Origin: Felis catus
Taxonomy: Eukaryota
Assembly: GCF_018350175.1 (NCBI RefSeq)
Contig: NC_058368.1
Location: 225,124,001 to 225,188,000 of the forward strand
DNA length: 64,000 nt
Reading direction: 5' to 3'
Positions 46,555 through 60,303 of this stretch are shown in pieces. The stretch's first letter is position 1. Each line of letters begins with the position of its first letter. The notes below the pieces were generated by a model. The model made no database searches and was not told the DNA's origin. It was given only the letters and a program-made list of their open reading frames with translations. The position numbers and the translations under genes are program-made.

Positions 46555-48164
46555 AAAACTGTTCATTTAAATAACAGAGCAACATGATCCCTGCCATCAG
46601 CCATTTTAAAACTACATAAATAAGCTCTTTCGTGAAAGTCACAAACTGTACGTGATTTCCTTTCTCTTTGAGACCATTTTTATTTTACTTCCCCACATAA
46701 TTTACCTTAAGGTCATATATTTTTCCATTTGAATATGGTTTATTGATCATTCAATCATAGGTGATCAACACATAGGTAGATAATTTTAAATTTATGTGGT
46801 ATTTAAGTTACTGAAGTTAAAATTTGGGAGACAGAGGTTTCAGGAACCAATAATATTATTTATTGGTCCACAAAGGATCAAGACAACACAGCACATACAA
46901 GTTTTGGTAATTAATAAGCAATAAAAAGTTAAGCTTTTTGGAAGTACATTTTTTTTTTAGTAAGAGGGATAGGCTCCAGGTTTTGGAGCCTGGATTAAAA
47001 GAGACTTCTCTGACACCAATATGGTATTTTGAGTCCAGTCAGTTTGGCCTTCCTAAAGTGTTTTCATCGTGAACAAGCTTGCATAATAAGAACTGGCAGG
47101 TGAGAGGGCCACACTGTTCTTTATAAGCAGCAGAAACGAGATTGGGAGAGGAGAGGTAGGAAGGAGAACCACCCAGCACCTTCAAGGGCATGGTCTGAGG
47201 CTGATCGCTTTCCAAGAAAGATAATATATGGAAGTTGAGGATCCGGAATCTCGATCCATTTAAAAACTGCATACCCAGCTTGAATATCACTAGGTAAGAT
47301 TATTACTTACCAATGGCACAACTAACCGTCCTTCACCTCTGTTTCTTGTGTTTCCTATGCGAGGCTCCGTGGAAAGAGGAGACAATTCACAGCCCAAGCA
47401 AACGCTTTCCCCTGTTGGTGGAAATAGAGTAAATTGTACTGGTGAGGCCGTTTACCAGTTGACATGACATTTTCCCAGGATTCGACCCACAGTGTGAGAC
47501 CTTCAGAGACACGGTATTTAAAAGGTCACATCTTTAGTTCACTCATGGGCACGCTCCTGGCCAGTGTCGCTGAAAGCAAACCTGAATGTAAGTATTAAGA
47601 TGCTCATGTCAAAGGTGTCTTCCGTACAGGGAGGACAACTCTTTGGGGCAGGGAAAGCAGGACAATAGAAACATCATTTGAGGACACTGTCACAATTTAG
47701 AATTACAGGGGACAAATGAAGACTCATGACTGCTCACTCACAGTACAGGGAGCAGTGGAAGTTACATGTAGAGGCAAGAATTGAAAAGATGGCCCCGAAA
47801 TATCTTAAACAGTCTCCGTCCTCCCCTGGAATCTAGGACAGGGGTCAAGAACACACAGACAGCCATTGCTTCAATTCAGGAGACCTATATGAAGGGTCAC
47901 AATCTGGGGCAAGTGGCCTCAGTCAAAATCTGCAGATAACTCATGCTGTCTCATGTTTCACAAAGAGATGCTATGAGCAATTGGAAATTAAAACCCTGTT
48001 TTCTTTTCCAAACATCCATTCAAGAACCATTTGGAAACTTTCTTAAAATTCAGATTATTGGCTCAACCTAAGACGAACTGAAACATAACTTGGCGGGGGG
48101 GGGGGGGTGGCAAATCAAAATGTGGACCTACAAGATGTCTAGCTCAAGAGTTCTAGACATTTTT

Positions 48165-48376
48165 TTCAATGTCTATTTATTTTTGAGAGAGAGAGAGAGA
48201 GAGAGAGAGGAGCGCAAGCAGGGGAGGGGCAGAGAGAGAGGGAGACAGAATCTGAAGCAGGGCAAGGTTCTGAGCTGTCAGCACAGAGTCCGACGCGGAG
48301 TTCAAACTTGGCAATGGCAAGATCATGACCTGAGCCAAAGTCAGACGCTTAACTGACTGAGCCACCCAGGCGCCCC
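48165..48376 (-). mobile_element. Carnivore SINE
   Basis: Reverse SINE; TSD gagttctagacattttt. Confidence 0.94.
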
Positions 48377-48445
48377 AGGAGTTCTAGACATTTTTATTGT
48401 GCAACTGTTATTACTTTTATATTACATATATACATATATATATAT

Positions 48446-48448
<3 letters not shown>

Positions 48449-48488
<40 letters not shown>
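48449..48488. repeat. (TG)n microsatellite
   Basis: Pure run. Confidence 0.95.
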
Positions 48489-48489
<1 letters not shown>

Positions 48490-49980
48490 ATCGTGGTACT
48501 AATGTTGTAGCATGAAAAAAAATAGAAAAATGTAAAGGATAAATTTTTTTTTTAAGTATAAATCCTAGTATTTTCTTCCTACGCCCAAACAGATCATCTG
48601 ACTCCTCCACACCCAATCTTGTGTATACATTCCACTTTGGAGACCATCCACTCTTAGGCAAGGACAGAGATCAACATAAAAATGGGACGAAATCTCTAAG
48701 AGAGGTCTCTAATGAGGAGCGGGTGGCCAACGGTAGAAGAAACACTTTAAATGGAGGTTATTGTTTATACTTCTTTTTAACAGCTTCCCTGTGTCTATCA
48801 ATCATTTCAGTCATATTTACAGCCTTCTCACATGTCTGGATAGCCTTTTAACTCACTGTGAAAAAGTATTACTTACTAAAAATTGACAAAAAGCATAAAA
48901 GAGCTATCCTCTTAGAAATTGATGGGAAAGCGGACTCTGGTGGATTACCTAAGAGAAAAGCATTGGATGGAGATCCTGATCCTTACAGGTCAGGCTAATA
49001 CTTTTGAGATAGTCAGTGATGTTTCTTTGCCTCCAGTGTTGTCTCCTTTCCTTTCCAAAACTCTGGGCACCTTCCCGCATCCGCCTCCATTTACAAACAG
49101 CTCTGTTTGCGAGAGTTCACGCAGCTCAGAACTTTCCGTTTCCCAAAGCCTGATTCCAAAAATCGAAACAAAGTTTCTTCCGAATGTCTGCTAAGGGCAG
49201 CGCAACCTGAAAGAAGGAAATCCCTGCAGGAACACGCCTGAAAAAGAAAGGATTTCTTTCCAAGGTCCAGAAAACAATTCTAGGCTAGGGAAATGCAGAC
49301 CGTAAGGGAAATAATGAGTCAGGGATCCCCAACGAAAGGTCAGGATACGGGAGACCACACGAGCAGGAAGAAAGGAGGCAAGGGGCTTTGCTTGAGTCCT
49401 AGAAGTCTTAGGGGGGGCTGAGCAACCCACTTTCTGTAGATTCTACAGCCCTCACTTGGGGAGCACGGTCTGTGCTGCGGTCCTTCCCACCCTCAGCCTG
49501 CAAAAACCTCACTTCGACAGCAGCCAGTTCACCTGTGATGACACCCAGCAGGAGGGATACTCCAGCCTGTGGCAAAACTTTGCTCACCTTGTGTCTGAAC
49601 CTGAAATCGCCTACTGGTAAGGAAGCTGTCCTGTGGAAGGCGCTCCGTGACCCCTGCAACTGAGACGGGTTCACTGGGCTGCAGGGGTCTGCACCCTGCC
49701 TTCCTTCCTTCCTTCTCTTACACAGTGGGCAAGAGATTCCCAATCAATTTGAAATTTTAAAATACATCAGCTAGTAATTCTAACCCTCCCCTTCTTCCCA
49801 CTGAGTCCTCATCGCCACCCAAAACAATGCGGGGGAGAAAATGAAATCTTGTAGAGTGATGTAAACAATTTTGGAAATCGTACAATTCAAATTATGTCAT
49901 ATGTCTGTGCCCATATTGAATAAGCCCAGACACCAGTATAACTTGGTAATGCAGAAGCAAGAAAACTGGGAGTTGCCCAC

Positions 49981-50302
49981 TGCGATAGTTGATTTTATGG
50001 GTCAACTTGCAGACTGTCTTTGGATGAGATTAACATCTACATAGACTTTGGGGAAAGTAGATTGACGTCCATAGTGTGGGTGGGCCTCATCCAATCAGTT
50101 GAAGGCCTGAAAGAATAAGAGTAGTCTCTCCAAACAAAAGAAAATGCTCTGGTAGGATATCTTTGGGCTGCCACTGCACTGTTGGCTCCCCTGGGTCCTG
50201 AGCCTACCAATCCACATTGTAGATTTCGGACTCCCCAGCCTCCACAATTACATGAGCCATTTCTTAAAATAAATCTTTTTAGATAGATGAAAATAGATAG
50301 AT

Positions 50303-50335
<33 letters not shown>

Positions 50336-50370
50336 ATTATTGGTTCTGTTTCACTAGAGAACCCTAACAC
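49981..50370 (+). mobile_element. ERVL LTR (MLT2-type) with (GATA)n
   Basis: tgcgatagttgattttatgggtcaacttg, gggtgggcctcatccaatcagttgaaggcctga, ttggttctgtttcactagagaaccct. Confidence 0.88.
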
Positions 50371-50419
50371 CCAGACTCTCTTTTCTGCTATCCAAGTCTC
50401 TAAAATCTATCTCCAGTTT

Positions 50420-51205
50420 GGGTATAATAAAAAAAAAAATGTATATTTAATCTTTGTCTCCTTTCCTGGTAGAGCTCCTAAAAACCCATGGATCTCCTGA
50501 GGGATAGGGATGTCTTTTTTTTATTCATAACAAGCCCCTTTTCAACCATACCTGGGTTTATGCCAATGAGACAACTCTTGGCAGGGGCCCTAGATAGCTC
50601 CAAATGGAGACTGATCCCTGAACGAACCAAGCACGGATTCGAGTGTGAGAACTTTCACTACCTCCAGGCAAAGGAATGGGGCTGGAGATTGACTTCAATT
50701 ACCAACAGTCAATGGTTTAATCAATCGTTCCCATGCAATGAAACTTGGATACATAAAAGCGCTCCTCCAATGAGGGTAAAGAAGCTTCTGGGTTGGGGAA
50801 CGTATGCCAGGAAGGTGGTGTATCCTGACTCCATGGGAGCAGGGGCTCCTGTACTTCAGATTCTTCTAGACCTCGCACTGTGTACCTCTCCACCTAGCCG
50901 TCCACTGTATCCTTTGTAATAACTCTGGTAGTGAGTATAGCACTTCCTTGAGTTCTGTGAGTGCTTCCAGCAAATTATCAAAGCAGAAGACGCATCGTGG
51001 ACTCCCCCAAAGTTGTCATCAGCCAGGCAAGAGTGCAGGTAGCCTGGAGACCCCACACAGTGCTGGTGTCTGGAGTAGAGCGGTCTTGTGGAACTGAGTC
51101 CTTAATCTGTAGGGTCTGTGTGAACTCTGGGCAGACTTGAAACGAACTGTTGGGACACCCAGGGGGTGTCGGAGGAACCGGCTGGTGCAAGAAAAAAATG
51201 TGCGC
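50420..51205 (+). mobile_element. MER21-like ERVL LTR
   Basis: gagctcctaaaaaccc, ggggctggagattga, tttaatcaatc, gaaggtggtg...actccatgg, tgagttctgtgag..ttccagcaaattatc, ggtcttgtggaactgag. Confidence 0.8.
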
Positions 51206-51339
51206 ACGCACGGTCCGACTCTGCCACCCCTCTCCATGTCCGCTGATGCCTTTCTAGCTCAGTCCCTTCCCATCTCCCTCCGGGATCCCCTCTGCATGGC
51301 CTCCTCAGTGGCCTTGTGGCTTCCTCTGTTCCTGCCAGG

Positions 51340-52215
51340 CGGTTAATAATCCGCCAGCAGAATGGGTTTCTAAAAACATAGATCACAATATGTCACTCAT
51401 CGCCTAAAATTCTTCATGGCTTTTGGGCCCTCCCCCGCCCCCCCCGGGTGGCTCAGTCAGTCAAGCATCTGACTCTTGGCTTTGTCTCAGGTCATGATCT
51501 CACAGTTCGTGGGTTCAAGCCCCACATCAGGCTCTGTGCTGACAGTGCGGAGCCTGCTTGGGATTCTCTGTCTCCCTCTCCCTCTCTCTCTCTCTCCCTC
51601 TCTGCCCCTCCCCCACTCATGCTGTTCTCTGTCTCTCTCAAAATAAATACATAAACTGAAAAACAAAATCTTCATGGCTTCCTATCACACTTAGAATAAA
51701 ACCCTGTCACCTCACTCTGGCTTTCAAGGCCCCTTGTGATTGGCCTCTATTTGTCAAACCTTATCACATATCACACCCCCTTACTCAAGTCCTTTCCATG
51801 TGGCCTTCCCTCGGGTTTTCTGTTTATCAACTCCACCAATCTTTTGCTTGCCTTGGGGATTTATACTTACTTCTTCCTTGTCCTGACACGTTCCAACCCT
51901 CTTCTAAACAGGTCAAACTGAGCCCTTATTCAGAATTTAGCTCAGATATGCCTTCCTAGAGCACGCGAACAGGGGTAGAAATTCACCGTCACAGCAGGCT
52001 ATTCTGATTTTCTGCATTCCTTATCAGCATCTGACACCTTTCGTATTTATTTATCTGTTTATTGTCCGACTACACCCATGAGACGGTAAGCTCCATGAGA
52101 TAGTAAGCTCCATGAGAAACGGGGCCTTGTCTGTCTCATCCATCACTCCCTCCCCAGTGCCCCAAACAGGATCTGACCCGCTTGGCCAATTGATGAACAT
52201 TTGAAGACTGAGTAG
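51340..52215 (+). mobile_element. LINE-2 fragment interrupted by a SINE
   Basis: tctaaaaacatagatc, catggcttcctatcacacttagaataaaa, gtaagctccatgag..ggggccttgtctgtc, ccccagtgccc. Confidence 0.75.
51425..51664 (+). mobile_element. Carnivore SINE with C-expanded head
   Basis: gggccctcccccgccccccccgggtggctcagtc; TSD aaaat(t)cttcatggctt. Confidence 0.93.
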
Positions 52216-52946
52216 CTGAAGAAAACCTTCACACAAGGGGTAAAAGACCAGGGGCTTACCGATTTCTGAGCCCACGTACCACAGAACAGCAACCACTCAG
52301 CTAATTACGTGCGGGAGCATCTGACCGGCGATAGGGACTCATGTTGGGAATAGAACTATTTCAAGGATTTGCCCCCGTGAAAAGGGCTGTTTATTAGAGC
52401 ATCAGCAATATAAACAAGTTCTAGGAAACCAAACAGCAGGGCCGGCACCAAACAAGGTCACTGGCAAGTTTCCTTGCTGAGTCCAGTGCGTTCACACTGT
52501 TCCCATGAAAACCATTCATTCGCAAAGGCAGTCGGGCCTCCTGTCTCCTTGGGCACTAATTACTCTGCTTGGTTAGACAATTTGGGGAAAAGGCACCACT
52601 CTCAACACAGCATAAGGGAGGAGAGAAAAGAGGGTCTGGCTTTTCAAAAGTACAACGTGTTCTAGTGAAAAAAAAAAAAAAAAAAGAACACAGAGAGAGT
52701 AATCCCAAGGCAGGACGATGGTCCCAAATGGGAATGCATGAATGCCCCTCCTGGGCCAGGAAGGAGCCCCAGGACCGTGGCCTCTGCGTTCTCCAGGAAG
52801 CGCGGGCTGGCTGCAGCTCCAGTGGGAAGCCGAGAAGCACCACCTTTCGGGAACCTTGCATTTGAAATGGTTACGGTTTCTGCCTAAACAGACAGACCCC
52901 AGCCACTGTCCAGTAGGTCTGCTTGTGATTGTTTAAAAGCAAAGGT

Positions 52947-53160
52947 GGGGGCGCCCGGGTGGCTCAGTCGGTTGAGCGTCCAACTTCGGCTCAGGTCATG
53001 ATCTCAGGTCGGTGAGTCCGAGCCCCGCGTCGGGCTCTGTGCTGACAGCTCGGAGCCTGGAGCCTGCTTGGGATTCTGTCTCCCTCTTTCTCTGCCCCTC
53101 CCGTGCTTGTGCTCTCTCTCTCCCTCTCAAAAAGAAATAATTTTAAAAACTAAATACATA
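52947..53160 (+). mobile_element. Feline SINE
   Basis: ggggcgcccgggtggctcagtcggttgagcg head; TSD-like aaaagcaaaggt/aaaacaaagat. Confidence 0.95.
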
Positions 53161-53352
53161 AAAACAAAGATAGAACTTGGTGTTCACTGTTATTCAAAAG
53201 GTCGATTTCCGTACAAACGTGGTCAGCAGATCGTGCTGACAACTAACTCGGCATATTTTTTTCTCTGCCATAAATTAAACCACCTCACAAGGGACAGCTC
53301 AAATCTCCAAAGGGAGACCCGTGTACAACGTCTAGTTACAGACTTTCACTGC

Positions 53353-53542
53353 TTTTTTTTTTAATGTTTTGTGTGTTTGTTTGTTTCATTTTGTGTTTTA
53401 AGTAGGCTCCACCAACCCCCACCCCCCACCCCAGTGGAGCCCAATACAGGACTGGAACTCACAACCCTGAGAGCAAGACTTGAGCTCTTAGCTGACTGAA
53501 CAGGAGTCAGACACTCAACTGACTGAGCCAGCCAGGCACCCC
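53353..53542 (-). mobile_element. Old short carnivore SINE
   Basis: agtaggctccac...tggagcccaa...gaactcacaaccctgagagcaagac...gactgagccagccaggcacccc. Confidence 0.85.
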
Positions 53543-53569
53543 GCCCCCAACCCTAGTTAAAGACGTTTA

Positions 53570-53790
53570 AATAACCATCGCTCTGTATGCAGGAATTCCA
53601 CTACCAGAAATTTACCCTGAAAGGAAACAGTAAGGAATGCAGACAAGGATTTGTTCTTAGGAATGTTCAAAATCTTAAAACATTATAAACAACCGAAATG
53701 CCTATCAATAAGGAAGTTGTAAGGAAAATTACTGAATGGGATTCGGATGGAATGTTATATAGTCGTTAAAAATTACATTTATAGGGAACT
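53570..53790 (+). mobile_element. Old L1 fragment (L1ME-like)
   Basis: gaattccactaccagaaatttaccct, aaacaaccgaaatgcctatcaataagg, atggaatgttatatagtcgttaaaaa. Confidence 0.65.
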
Positions 53791-55269
53791 TTTAAAAGCG
53801 CACTTGTGCTCTAAAAAATCCCACCATGCCTCCAAAAGGGTTACAGAAACACTGCTTAATCCCGAAGAATTTCTGGATATCCTCATATCCTTTCTTACTT
53901 TTTTTTTTTTTTTTGAAATCAGAGACGTTGACACGCCATGGTGTTAAAACAGGAGAAGCTGGTTGGAGAGGACTATAATCCTTGTGTAAACCTATATCCA
54001 CACAAAAAACAAACTCTCCTGTCCTGAGAAGAGAGGAAGTACGGTCAAGTCAGGGTTCTGAATGTTTTCTTGCTGATTCTACCCTTTCAAACAATTTCTT
54101 GAGCAGCTGCTAGGCAGCTGTTTCAGCCTCCTGCGATAGGTAGAGAGGAAAGAAATGAAAAGCAATGCATAAAGACTCCACAGAGGCTTCTACGCCATCC
54201 AGACTGCAGGTAGAGTTACGCTATTTAACATTACGGAGACCATCATATTAATTTCTGCAGAGAGAGAGCCACCTTGTTGGGTAGATGTTAGGTAAGCCTA
54301 CCTGACGGTTGGCCCTCCAAGGCCTCTGGGTTTGTCAGTCAGGCTGACCTAAATTTCCTTGCCTGTGGAAGAGGAATTGGGGGCAGAGGCTCAGTTAGGA
54401 GCCACACAATGAGAGATTAAAAGCCTAGAAGATGGCGGACGCTGAGGGAGACAGAAAGATCTTTTCATCGGTTTCCCAAAAAGCCACCAGGCACATCTGT
54501 TGCTCAAGCAAAGTGTAGCTTATTAACTTTCCCTGGTAACAGTACTTGACAAAACAAGACCTGACAGAGCGTAGCGGTGTCTCAAAATGGAGAAACTGTG
54601 AAAACACACGTATGGAGTTTTGAGACCAGGGTCATCTTTAGGCGGGTCTTCCAAGGCAGGGAACCGGGTGGGGTTGGCCAGAACTCAGAACCTAACAGCT
54701 GTGGCTCGATGGGGACAGTGAGGTGGAGATTTTGAAGAGGGCCCCGAAGAGCAAGCTCCTCGGTGACCCACAGTCCGGTCTTCCAGGAGCAAGTGTCTTC
54801 TGGAGCGAGCAGCGTAGATTTCTGTTACCGTGTTTTGCTTTGTTTTGTTTTGTTTTGCTTGTTTTGTTGAATGGTCATCCGTGTCGTTTCACACACAGCC
54901 AGGAAGCTATCCCTGACTCCAGGTAACACGAGGACAGGAAAGTAGGCTTGGTCCCAGTATTGTTTAACACAGAGACAGGAAATGATATCGTTCTCAGTCC
55001 TTAGCAAGAGGGATCGTGATTACCGGTCGCGTAACGGACGCCCTCTCCTGCCGTCTCCCCGGAGATCTTTGGTGAAACCTACATTGCTCATGAAGGCTCT
55101 GTGGAGAGCTTTCTTTGGTGGCTACAAGGAAATGTGGTGCCCCATTTCCAGGTTGGTGTGGTCATCCAAGATGGCCTGTTGAGCCCTTGCTTTCATGGGG
55201 AGGAAGACCACGTTCTTCCCTCACCCTGGGTACAGTGCCCACCAAGATGTAGTCAAGATCTGTAGTCAA

Positions 55270-56030
55270 TAGTGAGCACTGGAGAGGAAACACGAAGGGG
55301 GTGCTAAGCATCTGAGAAACAAGAGGAGCCCAGCCATGCAAAGGAAGTGATGCCGGGCTTCAAAGTACCAAGGGAGGGCCACAAGAACTTAAATCGTCCT
55401 TGCTAACAGGCATAGATGAAGAGGAAGAGAAAGACAGCCAGGTAAGAATAAGCAGCCTCTGCCCTCTGGCCACAGGACCTTTCCAATGCAGTGAAGACAC
55501 TCTGCTGGAGAAATAAGAATGCTTGAGGAATGACGAGAGGGTTCTGGAAACCAAGCAAAGGGATATAAACTGAGAGTTTCTGAATAACAGCAGAGAGATA
55601 AGAGGGTCTTTTTTTAAGACAGCAAGTCTAGCTAAAGGATTTAGCTTGGAAGGGAGAGGAAAGAGGAACAAGCCAATGAGAAAGAAGGCTGTCCCACGAG
55701 GTAAATCAGTCTCAGACAGAGCATTCACAAAGCCCCTGGAAGAAGGAGAATAGCTACACAACACGAACCACGGGCCAACAAGCTGCAGAACTTGAAGCCG
55801 ACCACACGTGAATGATCAGACGTGAAGAAGAGTCAAGGAGAAGTCCAAAGCGCCAAGCTTCTTGATTGGGAGAAGAGTGTTGTCTTTGAGAATCAAGAGC
55901 ACGAGATGCGAGAGGGAAACAGGGAAGGACACGGAGGGCGTGGGCAGGCCGGATTCTGCACACATGCGGAGATCTGAGTCATACCTCTGGAAGGCAGCTA
56001 GAAGTAGGAAGGGTGATGCTTTGGTCACAT
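55270..56030 (-). mobile_element. Degraded LINE-2-like fragment
   Basis: Purine-rich degenerate sequence with tccaaagcgccaagcttcttgattggga and gagatgc/gagatctgagtcat L2-like motifs. Confidence 0.45.
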
Positions 56031-57108
56031 GACGGAAGAGAGACTGGAACAACCGCTACCTCTCAAGCGCACCTCCCAGAACAGGTGGGGTGCTACATGG
56101 TCACGATGGCAGGAAGGGCAGGTAGGTGTCGTCCTCTCCCAGGACAAGACCGGCTGTCCGCAAACATGCACACTTGAAGGGCGTGTGAAAGCATTTCTGT
56201 TCTTTTCCCAAGGACACCCTTCAGTCTCCGCATGAGCGAGGGGGGTGCCCAACTCACTCCCACTCTTTTTATCCTGATCTACCCACAAGGCCCAGGGTGT
56301 CCCCACACACGTTACCAGGCTGGGCCTCGGAGGCCCATGTCCTTGGTTCTATTCTAGAGGAAGCTCTTCTCTGAGGTGCTGTTCCCCTCTGTCTCCCACA
56401 GGAGTAGACAGAGGTCTTCCAGATTCTTCTGAGCGCGGCAGCCATAACACAACCCAAAACCATTCTCTGGCCAGTTTTGGAGGATTCTCAACATAATTCC
56501 ATGTTTTCTTGTGATTTCAACATACCCTCTTCTTCACCAGTGGCAAGCAGGAGAGAGGGGGAAATATGAGCAGACGGGACTGGGATTTTTTTTTTTCCAT
56601 TGATGAAAAAATTATCGCCTGAAATGACTTAATTTTGGTGCTAAGGCACTCAGGGGTGTCTTCAATGCCATTCTGTAGGGAAGAAAGCATTTCGGCCAGC
56701 CAGAGGGGGAGAAAAAGGAGAGTCAGCAGAGTGGAGGAAGAAAACTGGTCAGAGGAAGATCATGTCAGGAAGCAAATTATTGGAGGAGTAACTTGACCAG
56801 GAGCCCTGGAGACCGGAGGCAGGTGAAAAGTCACCAGACTTGACAAAAGAGCAGAGAGGGGCCCATATGTTATGTCTGACTCAAATCGCCCAAAACCATC
56901 CCCTCTGAGCCTGTACTTTCTGGACCAGGCTGGCCCAACCTGTAATAAATAATCATATGTCAGACTTCCCAGATTTCATTGGTTAACTCAAGAAAGCAGA
57001 AGAACATTTATGTGAGTAATAAAATTGTGGGTTTGGTGGCACTCGTGATAATTTGTAAAACCACATGTTTTCACACCCACACAGAAAATTCTCTTTTAAG
57101 AAACCCTA

Positions 57109-57350
57109 GGGGCGCCTGGGCGGCTCAGTCAGTTGAGCATCCGACTTCGGCTCAGGTCACGATCTCGTGGTCCATGAGTTCGAGCCCCGCGTCAGGCTCT
57201 GTGCTGACAGCTTGGAGCCTGGAGCCTGTTTCAGATTCTGTGTCTCCGTCTCTCTCTGACCCTCCCCCGTTCATGCTCTCTCTCTCTCTCTGTCTCAAAA
57301 ATAAATAAAACGTTAAGAAAAAAAAAATTAAAAAAAAAAAAAAAAAAGAA
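57109..57350 (+). mobile_element. Feline SINE
   Basis: Full element with long A-tail; TSD aagaaaccct. Confidence 0.96.
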
Positions 57351-58116
57351 AAGAAACCCTTGCCAGTTCTCTGCCCTCCCTCACAAAGTGACTCCAGGCC
57401 AGGTTTCTTAAGACTATATATTTGTGTCTGCATTTCTGGAATAGTACTGAGAATGCATCTACACAAAGTGCCGTCTCAAACAGATGTACTGATGGTAATT
57501 AGTCCACACCCTGAGCATCCCTGCTGTTCTCTAACTTAGTGTCCTTTTTCAGAAAACTAAGCCACATCCCTTGGCTGGTATTTGTTTTTTAAACCAAGCT
57601 CAGGTTCCGGCATCCTTTTTTAAGGCACTGAAATTTCATGCAAGGATCCTTACCACATGCTTTGAACTTCATCCATCTGACATGATAAATGTTCTCAACC
57701 CTCCTACTCATGGATGCTTTCATTTGCAGAGGGATCCATACAGTTTACAAAGGGTCATGATTTTAGGCATTGCCATGATATTAATCTATTTTTTTTACTA
57801 GACATCCAATGCTAAGGAATATTTAATTAATATTTAATTAATTAATACTTTCCATGTTGAATCCCACAGCCAAAAAAAAATTAGATTTATAAGATGATAC
57901 TGTCTAGTTTAATAAACCCTACATTCAATCTAACCTGTAAAAGGTTTTACAAGTCGTTAGCCATCCCCAGTAAAATAGCTATTTGCTCCACAGCATCATG
58001 GCCTAAATGACTTATTTCCATTGGGCTAAGCAGTCTCATATAGACGCTAATTTTTAACAGGTACATTCCAAGTTCAATAATGCAAATGAATGAATAAAAC
58101 CAAAGCAATATTTGTG

Positions 58117-58568
58117 TGGGTATTATTCAGGGTTCTCCGGAGAAACCGAACCAGTAGGGTATGTATATACAAATATATACATACGCATATACACATATAT
58201 GCATATGTACATATGTATTCAGTATATATGAAGTTTTTAAGAAATTTATTTCAAGCAATTGGCTTATATGATTGTAAAGGCTGGCGAGTCTGAAAACCAT
58301 AGGGCAGGTGACAGACTAGAAACTCAGGCAGGATTTCTATGTTACAGTCTCGAGGTGTAACTTCTTCTTCATCTAAGAAAATTCAGTTTTTGCTCTTAAG
58401 GCCTTCAACTAATTGGATAAAACCCATCCATATTATCATGGGTAATTCCCTTAAAGTCAGTTGATTGTAGATATCAACCACATGCACAAAATACTTTCAC
58501 AGCAGAATTCCATTAAATAACTGGTTACTATAGCCTAGGCAAGTTGACACATAAAACCAACTGTCACA
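58117..58568 (-). mobile_element. ERVL LTR (MLT2D-like)
   Basis: cagggttctccggagaaaccgaacc, tttttgctcttaaggccttcaact, atagcctaggcaagttgacacataaaa...tcaca. Confidence 0.88.
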
Positions 58569-59271
58569 GTGTGGCCATACTCACGGGTTCACAATACCAT
58601 TATAGGTCCAGGATCAGCAGAGACCGTATCAGATGGGAAAGAATGTTACCAAAACATGGAAGCCGTGACTCCTGCTTTGCAGGAGAAGATCATCTAATGA
58701 TAGAAACTGACAATCATAAAATACTGCACAAATACACATAAACTATAGCCACACAGCCACAGAGAGAGACATCCCTGTGGAGACAAAACCCAAGACCGGT
58801 GAATTCATTGATATTAGTCCTTTATACACGTTTATTGCCAAAGCCAATTATTACTTGTTTTAATCAAACCATACCACATTAATGAAAGGCATTATTTACT
58901 TACCGAAAAAGCCTCAAATTATACAGATTTTAATTTTATCCAGGATATGTAGCAGTTTTCTGTTGTCAAAGTACAAGATTATTTTTTAACTTCATGGTAC
59001 TACATAAAATAATTATAAAGCAAATTCTGATTCATCAGCCTGCTGAATGTTTCCCTAATGGTTTTGCCATATAAAAGTTCTATAATTAAGGAAATAAAAA
59101 AAAAAGGATAAGGAAGTTGCTGGAATTACTAGAATCACTTTTATTCTAGCTGCCATATTTCTTCTGGATCCTAGCTTCACTTCCTTTTTATTCCCTCACA
59201 TTAAAAAAAAAAAAAAAGAAACTACCCTTAGAAAAGAGAGATATCAAAGTCAAATCTCTTATTTTGAGCTT

Positions 59272-59985
59272 TGTGATAGTTAATCTTACGTGTCAATGTG
59301 GGTAGGCTCCATTGCCCAGTTGTTTGGTCAAACACCAGTCTCAGTGTTGGTGAAGGTATTTACAGATGTGATTAACATTTAAATTAATATACTTTTTTTT
59401 TCATTTATTTTGAGAGAGGGGAGGAGGGGCCGAGAGAGAGGGAGATGGAACCCCAAGCAGGTTCCGCCCTGTCCGTACAGAACCTGATATGGGGCTCAAA
59501 CTCACAAACCATGAGATCGTGACCTGACCCGAAGTCAAGAGTCAGACGCTTAACCAACTGAACCATTCAGGCACCCCAATATTTAAATCAATATACTTTG
59601 AGCAACGCAGGTTACTCGCCATAAATTGATGGGCCACATCCAATCAGTTGACCTTAAGAGCAAAGACCGAGGTTTCCTCTGGGAAAAAAAAAAAAAAATT
59701 CTCCCAAAACTTTAACATAGAAATCCTGCCTGCCTTCTGGCATGATGCCCTGTGGACTCAAGATGGACACATCAACTTTTACCTGAATTTCCAGCCTACA
59801 AGTCTACCCTACTAATTTAGGTATTGCCTGCCCCCAGAATCATGTGAGCCAATTCTAATCAATCAACCAGCCAATCAATTAATAGATATAAGTGATAGAT
59901 GATAGATAGATAGATAGATATGTATTTAGGCGTATATGTATGTGTATATGTATATGTGTGTATATATATTGTTTCTCTGAATACA
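59272..59985 (+). mobile_element. ERVL LTR (MLT2D-like), interrupted by a SINE
   Basis: tgtgatagttaat..tgtcaa, tgcccagttgtttggtcaaacaccagtct, catccaatcagttga, catgtgagccaatt, GATA/TA microsatellite. Confidence 0.85.
59393..59577 (-). mobile_element. Carnivore SINE within MLT2
   Basis: Reverse SINE; TSD aa(c/t)atttaaat(t/c)aatatacttt. Confidence 0.93.
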
Positions 59986-60191
59986 AAGCTTCTTCTTTAG
60001 ATTTCTAATAAATATTTAAGACCAGAAATACAACTTATTGTAATGAAGAAATCTTAGTTTATATACTTTGTTTTTTACCATAAATTGTATAATGTATCTC
60101 GGAGGCATTAAGTATCTTCAGTTTTAACCTGAAAGGTTTGTGATGTATGTTTGTTTGTGGTTTTTTTTTAAACTTCCTTTTGTCCCTTCAG

Positions 60192-60303
60192 GGACCCACA
60201 TACCTGCTCATTCATAGGCTGCCGTTGGCAAGACTGGATAGACTCTTCCTCCTTCTAGACACCTGCCTTCTCATGGCCCAAGGTGTCGAGGCAATGGATA
60301 CGG
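60192..60303 (+). other. Candidate plus-strand exon (probably non-coding)
   Basis: Acceptor cttccttttgtcccttcag| at 60191; donor CGG|GTGAGT at 60304 (alternative TGG|GTAAGA near 60622). Confidence 0.3.

Noticed and set aside
50488..50919. 143-aa ORF
   Set aside because: Lies entirely within a MER21-like LTR
55360..56052. Minus-strand ORFs up to 134 aa
   Set aside because: Low-complexity translation of a purine-rich, probably L2-derived region
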